A stretch of 24,000 nt of DNA from Promethearchaeum sp. (GTDB taxonomy: Archaea > Asgardarchaeota > Lokiarchaeia > Sigyniarchaeales > Promethearchaeaceae), in the NCBI GenBank assembly GCA_030612265.1, contig JAUWOE010000011.1:10606-34605 (forward strand). Reading direction: 5' to 3'. Numbering within the stretch: the stretch's first letter is position 1; each line of letters starts with the position of its first letter. Shown here in pieces: positions 16,917 to 24,000 of the stretch. The position numbers and the translations under genes were made by a program. Below the pieces are notes generated by a model, which had not been told where the DNA came from, searched no databases, and saw only the letters and a program-made list of their open reading frames with translations.

Positions 16917-18476
16917 CTAAAAATTTTTTGATAAGAGAAGTGATTTTAAATTTTTAATTAGATCAGTTGCGAGTATCCTTGGTCCGCTTGATTTTTTAGC
17001 GGATTCACCTAGTAACCCATTTAAATATGCTGCAGAACAAGCACTATTAAATGGTGTGTTTCCGATGGAAAGAAAAGCCGATACTAGTCCAGATAAAACA
17101 TCACCTGTCCCACCAACCGACATTTCAGGGCATCCGCTACGATTTACCCTATAAATACTTTCCTTTTTGGAAATTTTTATAATGTAATCATAGACTCCCT
17201 TTACTAAAAACACCCCTCCAATTTTCTTCAAGATTGAAATCAGTTCTTCACCGTGTTTTTCAATATCATCGAATTTTGGGAGATTTTCAAATTGGACTAA
17301 TGATTTAAGTTCTGCAATGTGTGGTGTTAATACTACTGGGGAATTTTGTAATTTAATTTTGCTCTCTTTGATTAGTTTACCCAACATTTTAATACCATCT
17401 GCATCAACAACACAAGGGATTTTTTGATCAATAATCCATAAGATAAATTTTTCAAAAAATTCAACGGTTTTAGGATCTTGACCCAGTCCGGGACCGATTA
17501 GCACCGTATCAGACCATTGGCTCAATTTTTTTGCTTTGTTAAAATCTAAGTTAGTAAAATTTTTTGCAACACCTTCTTGCACAATTAAATTTGGAGAAAA
17601 ACTTCTTACTACATTTCCAATTCCCTTAGGTACAAAACAAATACATAAATCAATACCTAATTCAAGTGCGGACATTGCCGCAAGTGATGGCGCGCCTGAA
17701 TATGAAGAAGATCCTCCAATCACCAGTAATTTTCCATATTGACCTTTATGGACATCTTTTTTGCGTTTTTTAATTGCAACCTTAATATCTCCATCTCCAA
17801 CAAAAAGACTAGCTTCTATTGGAATTCCAATTGGAGCCACCCAGGTGTTAATATTGGCGAATCCTTGTTTTTTAGCATGGAAAGTTATACATAAATCACA
17901 GTTCACAACTTTATCGGTGATTTTTCCTGTATCTGGATCCATTCCTGAAGGTACATCTACGGAGATTTTTGGTATTTTGCTTTGGTTTATTATATCTATT
18001 GCCGTAGAAATCGGATCTCTTATCTTTCCTTTAATACCTGTTCCCAATAACGCATCAATAATGATATCTGCATTCTTAAACCATTTAGATTTGGAAAGAG
18101 TTTTAAGTTGATTGATATTTTTAGTATAAAAAGCGCGAATTTTTAAAGAAAGAGTATTAACTAATTCCCAATTTAACCTTGTTTCTTCGGTACGTATATG
18201 AATCGGATCCCCTAAGAGTAAAACATTAACAAAAACTCCTCGAGTGGCCAGATGTCTTGCAATACATAGTCCATCCCCACCGTTATTTCCTGTTCCGCAT
18301 AAAATAATTACAGATGATTCTGAATTAAGATTGTATTGTTCATAAATTTTGTTTGTCGCTTGTAAACCTGCACACTCCATCAAATAACCATTTGGTATGC
18401 CTAAACTCGCGCTGTTTGCATCCAATAGAGAGACATCTTTTGCAGTGATTGTATCATTATTAAAATTAAAACTCAT
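16917..18476 (-). CDS. nnr: Bifunctional NAD(P)H-hydrate epimerase / ADP-dependent (S)-NAD(P)H-hydrate dehydratase
   Basis: 519 aa; epimerase domain VIILCGTGNNGGDGLCIARHLATRG and dehydratase domain GKLLVIGGSSSYSGAPSLAAMSAL, VLTPHIAEL, MSVGGTGDVLSGLVSAFL. Confidence 0.95.
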   Translation of the reverse strand: MSFNFNNDTITAKDVSLLDANSASLGIPNGYLMECAGLQATNKIYEQYNLNSESSVIILCGTGNNGGDGLCIARHLATRGVFVNVLLLGDPIHIRTEETRLNWELVNTLSLKIRAFYTKNINQLKTLSKSKWFKNADIIIDALLGTGIKGKIRDPISTAIDIINQSKIPKISVDVPSGMDPDTGKITDKVVNCDLCITFHAKKQGFANINTWVAPIGIPIEASLFVGDGDIKVAIKKRKKDVHKGQYGKLLVIGGSSSYSGAPSLAAMSALELGIDLCICFVPKGIGNVVRSFSPNLIVQEGVAKNFTNLDFNKAKKLSQWSDTVLIGPGLGQDPKTVEFFEKFILWIIDQKIPCVVDADGIKMLGKLIKESKIKLQNSPVVLTPHIAELKSLVQFENLPKFDDIEKHGEELISILKKIGGVFLVKGVYDYIIKISKKESIYRVNRSGCPEMSVGGTGDVLSGLVSAFLSIGNTPFNSACSAAYLNGLLGESAKKSSGPRILATDLIKNLKSLLLSKNF

Positions 18477-18565
18477 TAAAATAGAATAAAAAAAATGACC
18501 TTAAATTCAATTCGCATTTAACTTAACCATTAAATTTTCACCACCCAATTTATGGAACAACTAAA

Positions 18566-20449
18566 ATGGAAAATCAATCATCAAAATCAAATAAATGGAA
18601 ACCGATCGAAGGAGATCTTTTCACCCGCTGGGCATCCCAAGTAAGCCCAGAATTACCTTATCCAGAATACCCACGTCCACAAATGATAAGAAGAGAATGG
18701 CACAACCTTAATGGTCTTTGGGATTATGCAATTATCACCAAAAATACTCCAAAAGAAGAAATAACAGAATGGGATGGGGAAATTCTCGTCCCATATCCTG
18801 TAGAATCTGCTTTATCAGGCGTAAAACGAAAATTATTTCCACAACAACATCTTTGGTATCAGCGGACATTTTCTCTTCCAAAAAACTGGGAAGAAAAATT
18901 AAACGACCATCGAATTCTATTACATTTTGGGGGAGTTGATTGGCAAACAACAGTTTGGGTAGATAACCAAGAAGTTTTATTTCATGAAGGTGGCGATATT
19001 CCTTTTTCGGTAGATATAACACCCTATTTAAAAATAATTCATAACAAAAACTCTCAAAATCTCCATGATTTGACAATTAGAGTTTGGGATCCTAGTGACA
19101 AAGGTCGTCAGGAGCGTGGAAAGCAGAAGCTAAAACCACATACAATTTTCTATACTGCAATGAGCGGTATTTGGCAAACAGTTTGGTTAGAGCTGGTTTC
19201 AGATCCATATATTTGCGATTTTCAGTTAACTCCTGATATTGATCGCGAAGAACTAAAGTTAAATTTCAATTTTTCCGGATTTATTGAAAAATTATCTGGT
19301 TTTTCAATAATGGTTGAGGTCTTAGAAAATGAAACTCAAATCTCTACAAAAAAAATAAATGTGGGCGATTTAAATGATAATTTTACAATTCCACTAACAA
19401 ATCCGAGACTTTGGTCTCCTTCTTCTCCATTCTTATATGATTTAAAGATATTTTTGATAAAAAATGGAAATGTAGATGGAAATGGTGATATAATTGATGA
19501 AATTAAATCATATTTTGGAATGCGAAAAATTTCAATTAATGAAGACATTCAAGGGATTCCACGAATTGAATTAAATAATAAATTTTTATTTCAGTTTGGT
19601 CTATTGGATCAAGGATGGTGGCCAGATGGACTATATACTGCCCCAAATGATCAAGCATTAAAATGGGATTTAGAAATTACAAAAGCGATGGGTTTTAATA
19701 TGGTGCGAAAGCATGTTAAAATTGAACCTGCGCGATGGTATTATCATTGTGATAAACTTGGACTTTTAGTTTGGCAAGACATCCCCTCTGGAGGCGTTTA
19801 CGGTGACTGGAAATGGGGTTTTCAGATGTTAGTTGCGATATGTTTAAAAAAGGCATGGTGGACAGGTCGAAATAAAAAGAGCATCCAAAAAAATTTTTAT
19901 CATGAATTGAAACAAATGGTCTCAACTTTATTCAATTTCCCTAGTATTGTTGTATGGGTTCCTTTTAATGAAGGTTGGGGGCAATTTCACACAAAAGAAG
20001 TAACTGAATATTTAAAATCGATTGATGAAACTAGGTTAATTGATAGCGCTAGCGGTTGGACGGATTATAAATGCGGAAATATTCACACGATTCATCGATA
20101 TCCCGGTCCTGGTATTCCAAAAGTAGAATCAAAAAATGGAAGAGGTTTGGGATTAAGTGAATTTGGTGGTTTTGGTTTAGAAATTCGGGAACACACTTGG
20201 AAAACCAAACGTAAAAAATGGGGATATCGCAAAATTAAATCAATATCGGAATTAAAAACAAAATATTCCCAATTAATAAAAAATTTGAAGCCACTAATCA
20301 AAAAGGGATTAAGCGCAGCAGTTTATACACAAACTACCGATATAGAACAAGAAATAAATGGTTTGATTTCATATGACCGTAAAGTTATAAAATTAGAGCC
20401 AGAATGGCTTAAAAATCTTCATAAAACCTTATATGAAGATGTAAATTAA
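18566..20449 (+). CDS. Glycoside hydrolase family 2 protein (beta-galactosidase/glucuronidase-like)
   Basis: 627 aa; sugar-binding domain RREWHNLNGLWDYAI...LWYQRTFSLP, TIM-barrel MGFNMVRKHVKIEPARWYYHCDKLGLLVWQDIP, acid/base PFNEGWG and nucleophile region LSEFGGFG. Confidence 0.92.
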   Translation: MENQSSKSNKWKPIEGDLFTRWASQVSPELPYPEYPRPQMIRREWHNLNGLWDYAIITKNTPKEEITEWDGEILVPYPVESALSGVKRKLFPQQHLWYQRTFSLPKNWEEKLNDHRILLHFGGVDWQTTVWVDNQEVLFHEGGDIPFSVDITPYLKIIHNKNSQNLHDLTIRVWDPSDKGRQERGKQKLKPHTIFYTAMSGIWQTVWLELVSDPYICDFQLTPDIDREELKLNFNFSGFIEKLSGFSIMVEVLENETQISTKKINVGDLNDNFTIPLTNPRLWSPSSPFLYDLKIFLIKNGNVDGNGDIIDEIKSYFGMRKISINEDIQGIPRIELNNKFLFQFGLLDQGWWPDGLYTAPNDQALKWDLEITKAMGFNMVRKHVKIEPARWYYHCDKLGLLVWQDIPSGGVYGDWKWGFQMLVAICLKKAWWTGRNKKSIQKNFYHELKQMVSTLFNFPSIVVWVPFNEGWGQFHTKEVTEYLKSIDETRLIDSASGWTDYKCGNIHTIHRYPGPGIPKVESKNGRGLGLSEFGGFGLEIREHTWKTKRKKWGYRKIKSISELKTKYSQLIKNLKPLIKKGLSAAVYTQTTDIEQEINGLISYDRKVIKLEPEWLKNLHKTLYEDVN

Positions 20450-20483
20450 TCAAATTTTTTATGACACCATAAAAAGGAAAAAG

Positions 20484-21866
20484 ATGAGAAAAATGAATAA
20501 AACTGAAGAAGAAATAGAATCTACCGAACTTCATTCTGAAGAAAAAAAAGGTGTTCTAGTTAAAAAACTTGGAATTAGAACCAGTTTGGTACTATGGATT
20601 TTAGGATTATCGGGTCAAATTGCTTGGGCTGTTGAGAATACATGGTTCAATACATTTATTTATGACGAATTGACTCCAAACCCTGCACCTGTGGCTTGGA
20701 TGGTTGTATTAAGCGCTTTTACTGCCACTGTAACTACATTATTTATGGGAAGTCTAAGTGATCGGACCAAAAGCCGTTTTGGACGCCGTCGACCATATAT
20801 TCTCTTTGGATACATTTTGTGGGGAATCGTCACTATTGTTTTCCCAGGGCCAGCACTTTTGAAAAATGTGGGAATAGCAATAGTGTTAATTGTTATTTTA
20901 GATTCCGTAATGACATTTTTCGGCTCAACGGCAAATGATGCCGCATTTAATGCATGGTCCACGGATATAAGTGATTCTACAAATCGGGGACGCGTTCAAG
21001 GAATACTTTCTGCATCAACATTGATTGCAAATTTAATCGCCTTAGGGGTAGCAGGAATTATAATAGACGAATTTGGATATTTTGTATTTTTCTATATTTT
21101 AGGTGGATCAGTTACGATTTTTGGGGGGATTGCTGGATTAATTTTAAAAGAACCTCCAATATCAGAGGAGGAACTATCTAAAACAAAACCTTCTATATTT
21201 ATTGATATCGTTCAAGCATTTTCGCCTAGTTCTATAAAAAAGCATAAGATTTTATACCTTTTATTTTTGTTTATGGCTATTTCTGGAATTGGAATGCAAA
21301 TTTATTTCCCATATCTATTTATTTATTTGGAACACAACTTAGGGTTTTCAAAAACCATGATTAGCGTGGCTGGAGCAATTATCATCCTTTCTGGAACAAT
21401 AATTGCAATAATTGTTGGGATGATTAGTCATAAATTTAACCGAAAATCTGCATTGATTGTACTACTTATTATTTCAGCAATAAATTTAGCAATATTAAGT
21501 CAATTTAGAGATATGTGGGCGGTGATCGCTATTTACGCGATTAAAATTAGCGTTGATACTGCCATTGGGATATTTCTTATGGCTTGGATCCAAGATAATT
21601 ATCCAAAAAAATCTATCGGGAAATATCAAGGTGTTCGTTTAATATTTATGGTTGCAATTCCAATGATGATTGGTGCACCAATAGGATCTTTCATTATTGA
21701 ACAATTAGGCACACCCGCAATAATCGATGGTAAACAAGGTATAATACCAACATGGGAAAGCCTATTAATTGCTGCAATAGTTTCGATTTTTGCACTGATA
21801 CCACTACTTTTTATCCCGAAAAGTGCTGGAAACATTAAAACTTCAAAAAAAGATAATCATTCTTAA
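20484..21866 (+). CDS. MFS transporter (GPH/SLC45-like sugar transporter)
   Basis: 460 aa, ~12 TM; FMGSLSDRTKSRFGRRRPYILFGYILWG signature. Confidence 0.88.
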   Translation: MRKMNKTEEEIESTELHSEEKKGVLVKKLGIRTSLVLWILGLSGQIAWAVENTWFNTFIYDELTPNPAPVAWMVVLSAFTATVTTLFMGSLSDRTKSRFGRRRPYILFGYILWGIVTIVFPGPALLKNVGIAIVLIVILDSVMTFFGSTANDAAFNAWSTDISDSTNRGRVQGILSASTLIANLIALGVAGIIIDEFGYFVFFYILGGSVTIFGGIAGLILKEPPISEEELSKTKPSIFIDIVQAFSPSSIKKHKILYLLFLFMAISGIGMQIYFPYLFIYLEHNLGFSKTMISVAGAIIILSGTIIAIIVGMISHKFNRKSALIVLLIISAINLAILSQFRDMWAVIAIYAIKISVDTAIGIFLMAWIQDNYPKKSIGKYQGVRLIFMVAIPMMIGAPIGSFIIEQLGTPAIIDGKQGIIPTWESLLIAAIVSIFALIPLLFIPKSAGNIKTSKKDNHS

Positions 21867-22040
21867 TTTTTTTTATTTGACCATTTTTAATGTATCTATA
21901 ATTACATTAAGAAATTCGCTTAGAAAAGCTGTTCAACAAGAATTTGTAGATGATTTGGAAAGAAATTCAAAGTATATAGACTAGATTTTGAAATTTCGAG
22001 AATTTTGAGAATTTTAAAATTCCAATTATTTTTATACTTG

Positions 22041-22061
22041 TATTGAATATATATTGAATAT
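22041..22061 (+). promoter_or_regulatory. Direct repeat TATTGAATAT-a-TATTGAATAT overlapping the vapB start, preceded by TATA-like tttttatactt (~22029-22039)
   Basis: Read directly in sequence: tttttatacttgTATTGAATATaTATTGAATATgg; the second copy ends inside the ATG at 22060. Confidence 0.45.
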
Positions 22062-22305
22062 GGTATCTCACCAAGTTTCAATAAGAGATGATGTTTATCA
22101 GAAATTGATAAAACTAAAAAAAGATGATGAAAGTTTTTCGGATTTAATAGATCGATTATCGCGTCAAGCAAAAGGTACTTGGGATTTATTAGAAGAACTA
22201 AATGGGATCGCAGGTTCTGATGATTTAGAACTTGAGAAATCAATAATTGAGAATAGATCTGTACTTGAAAAAGTCTTCCAGAAACGACTTGGAATAGATG
22301 AGTAG
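22060..22305 (+). CDS. vapB: VapB-type antitoxin (DUF217-like)
   Basis: MVSHQVSIRDDVYQKLIKLKKDDESFSDLIDRLSR...; track start at 22054 is a TTG, ATG at 22060 more likely. Overlaps the PIN toxin gene. Confidence 0.88.
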   Translation: MVSHQVSIRDDVYQKLIKLKKDDESFSDLIDRLSRQAKGTWDLLEELNGIAGSDDLELEKSIIENRSVLEKVFQKRLGIDE

Positions 22306-22739
22306 TGATATTTATGATTATATTAGACACAAATGTAATAATAAAAATAATACATAATAAATTAAATCTAGCTCAATTGAAGGAAAAAATCTTAGAAACT
22401 GAAATATTCGGGATTTCGTCGATTTCTCTTTATGAATTATATTTTGGATTGTATAAAATTAAATATAGGAAGGATAAACAGATAAATCAAGAAAAATGGG
22501 ATAATGAATTAAGAATAATCAAATTGATTGAAGATAAACTCGAAGTGATAGAGTTTGATTCAAAATCAGCGCAGTTAAGCGCAGAAATATATCATTTATT
22601 ACGATCTAAAGGTGAGATTATTGAACTTTTCGACTGTATGATTGCAGGGAATATGAAAGCCTTTGGGCATAAATCTATAATAACAACAAATTCAAAGCAT
22701 TTCTCCCGAATTTCCGAAATTAATGTTCATTTAATTTAA
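22305..22739 (+). CDS. vapC: VapC-type PIN-domain toxin
   Basis: 144 aa; MIILDTNVIIKII, SSISLYELYFGL, IIELFDCMIAGNMKAFGHKSIITTNSKHF: PIN acidic residues in the expected order. GTG start overlaps vapB stop; ATG at 22314 also possible. Confidence 0.9.
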   Translation: MIFMIILDTNVIIKIIHNKLNLAQLKEKILETEIFGISSISLYELYFGLYKIKYRKDKQINQEKWDNELRIIKLIEDKLEVIEFDSKSAQLSAEIYHLLRSKGEIIELFDCMIAGNMKAFGHKSIITTNSKHFSRISEINVHLI

Positions 22740-22764
22740 AGAACGAAATAATTGAATTATTACC

Positions 22765-23443
22765 CGTCCAGGTTTCAAAGTCACATTTTTTATTAATTCT
22801 TTAGTAAAGGAGTGGAAATTTTTCCGGGACTAGCTTCAAAAAAAACCATTGAAAAAAATCATAGTTTAGCAATAAAACCAGAATCATGTATATTAAAACC
22901 AGATAGCAATCCTCTTCATGAAAATCTGTAGGAAGGAGGCAAATTACTGAAATCTTTGCTAAAAATCAATCATTTAAGATCTATGGAACAAAGTTGAAAG
23001 AAAAAGTCGATCATGTTATCTCTTTCGTAACCAACCTATTAAATAAAACTCTCTATCAAGCTCAAAAAGCCATGGAAAATACAAAAAATATACTTGAGGA
23101 TAATGGAACTTTTACTTTGATTGCAAAATGCGATCGTGGTATTGAAAATCCCTTATTTTTCCAAAGAATGAAACACTTACAAACACTTGAGAATATTGTT
23201 TCTTCATTAACGTTTGAGAAATATAAATTTGGAGATCATAAAGCCTATTATTGGGCAGAACTTGCCAAGCGCGCTCGTTTGTTTTATATAGGAGATATTT
23301 CAAGCGGTGAGGCATATGAAGCTTTCATGGAAAAAATCAGCTTTAACAACTTGTTTGCTAAAATCGAAAAATGGATAGAAAAAAACCAGACAATTCTCAT
23401 TGATGAAATGGGTGGGATGTCAGTGGCTTATTTTGAGAAATAA
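22765..23443 (+). pseudogene. larA: Degraded nickel-dependent lactate racemase (LarA-like), C-terminal two-thirds only
   Basis: 22806-22928 reads KGVEIFPGLASKKTIEKNHSLAIKPESCILKPDSNPLHENL then in-frame TAG (22929-22931); continuation in another frame KIYGTKLKEKVDHVISFVTNLLNKTLYQAQKAMENTKNILEDNGTFTLIAKCDRGIENPLFFQ...FGDHKAYYWAELAKRARLF resembles the LarA C-terminal domain. No N-terminal catalytic domain. Confidence 0.65.
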
Positions 23444-23457
23444 GAAAAAAAATAGAA

Positions 23458-24000
23458 TTACCAACCTTGTGAATCAACAGCATCAGCATTATACTTAGTT
23501 GTCCATTTAATATCGTATTTGGATTCATCCATTTTCAATTCTTCAATCATTTGTTGCATTTGAAGCTGAGTTGCTTCAGAAATTGGAACACCGTTTTTCA
23601 TCCTTTCTAATTCGACTACATACTCCTTTTCTCCAGCAATATAAATATGTTCAGCTCCTGGTTGCTTCTTTGAATTAGTAATTTCCCTAAAAATATCACC
23701 GGTAGTTTTCTTAAAGGTCTCCAGCTCAACAAAAGCTTCAATATCTATGGCAATGAAGAAATGACCTAATCTATACGGATCAAAAACTTGTTTGTTTCCT
23801 TCCATATGAAATCCAAGACAATGTTGCAGGAAATTTGCAGAACTAAGGGCCGCAGAAAGAATCTCCACAAAAGTTGCATAATTATAACCTTTATAACCAC
23901 CTAAATCTTCTCCACTTCCACCTAATGGGGTAAGAGCGGCTTTTTTCTTTAGCATATCTTTTAAAATTTGATTTGAATCCGTAGGATTTTCCCCGGATGT
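23458..24000 (-). CDS. Malate/L-lactate/ureidoglycolate dehydrogenase family (Ldh_2) protein, 5' end beyond the window
   Basis: Frame stays open past the annotated M at 23955 (TSGENPTDSNQILKDMLKKKAALTPLGGSGEDLGGYKGYNYATFVEILSAALSSANF...GHFFIAIDIEAF): Ldh_2 C-terminal motifs. Confidence 0.9.
   Translation of the reverse strand, partial: TSGENPTDSNQILKDMLKKKAALTPLGGSGEDLGGYKGYNYATFVEILSAALSSANFLQHCLGFHMEGNKQVFDPYRLGHFFIAIDIEAFVELETFKKTTGDIFREITNSKKQPGAEHIYIAGEKEYVVELERMKNGVPISEATQLQMQQMIEELKMDESKYDIKWTTKYNADAVDSQGW

Noticed and set aside
17536-18111. Two plus-strand ORFs (17536-17742, 17761-18111) antisense to nnr
   Set aside because: Shadow ORFs of a highly conserved enzyme gene.
18718-20301. 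Several ORFs (18718-18939 +, 18735-19076 -, 19336-19548 -, 19716-19925 -, 20092-20301 -) within the GH2 gene
   Set aside because: All overlap a full-length GH2 reading frame with conserved motifs; no independent evidence.
20660-21835. ORFs 20660-20962 and 21626-21835 within the MFS transporter gene
   Set aside because: Alternative-frame artefacts over a 12-TM transporter.
21920-22330. 136-aa minus-strand ORF over the vapB region
   Set aside because: Antisense to vapB and its promoter; low-complexity composition; VapB is the credible product.
23112-23315. 67-aa minus-strand ORF over the larA-like remnant
   Set aside because: Antisense to recognisable LarA C-terminal sequence.
1-24000. CRISPR arrays, tRNA/rRNA genes, transposases
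   Set aside because: No regularly spaced repeats with unique spacers, no cloverleaf-like or rRNA-conserved stretches, and no transposase motifs were seen on reading. A tRNAscan/Infernal and CRISPR finder run would be needed to exclude small cases.

Overview
AT-rich, gene-dense window that looks like an Asgard-type archaeal chromosome fragment. This is inferred from archaeal MetAP2, longin-like, roadblock and gelsolin-like proteins and archaeal VapBC; no rRNA or other phylogenetic marker is present. Ordinary content: partial methionine aminopeptidase 2, an EamA/DMT transporter, a GT-C-like membrane glycosyltransferase, two DUF998-like membrane proteins, a bifunctional NAD(P)H-hydrate epimerase/dehydratase, a GH2 glycosidase with an MFS/GPH transporter, a VapBC pair, a decayed lactate racemase (larA-like) gene and a partial Ldh_2-family dehydrogenase. 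The most interesting part is about 5.7-16.8 kb. It encodes, mostly on the minus strand and tightly packed: an amidohydrolase-like metal hydrolase, a GCS2-like glutamate-cysteine-ligase-fold amidoligase, a large beta-sandwich/tetrad-repeat/alpha-repeat scaffold protein, a CesT/YbjN-like small protein, a divergent longin-like protein, a VWA protein with predicted CDC48-N-like (double-psi beta-barrel) repeats and a long polyproline linker, a roadblock/LC7 protein and a gelsolin-domain protein. I propose this as a candidate undescribed multiprotein system (cytoskeleton, membrane or GTPase regulation coupled to peptide/amide-bond chemistry). The domain calls rest on motif reading only, and function is inference.
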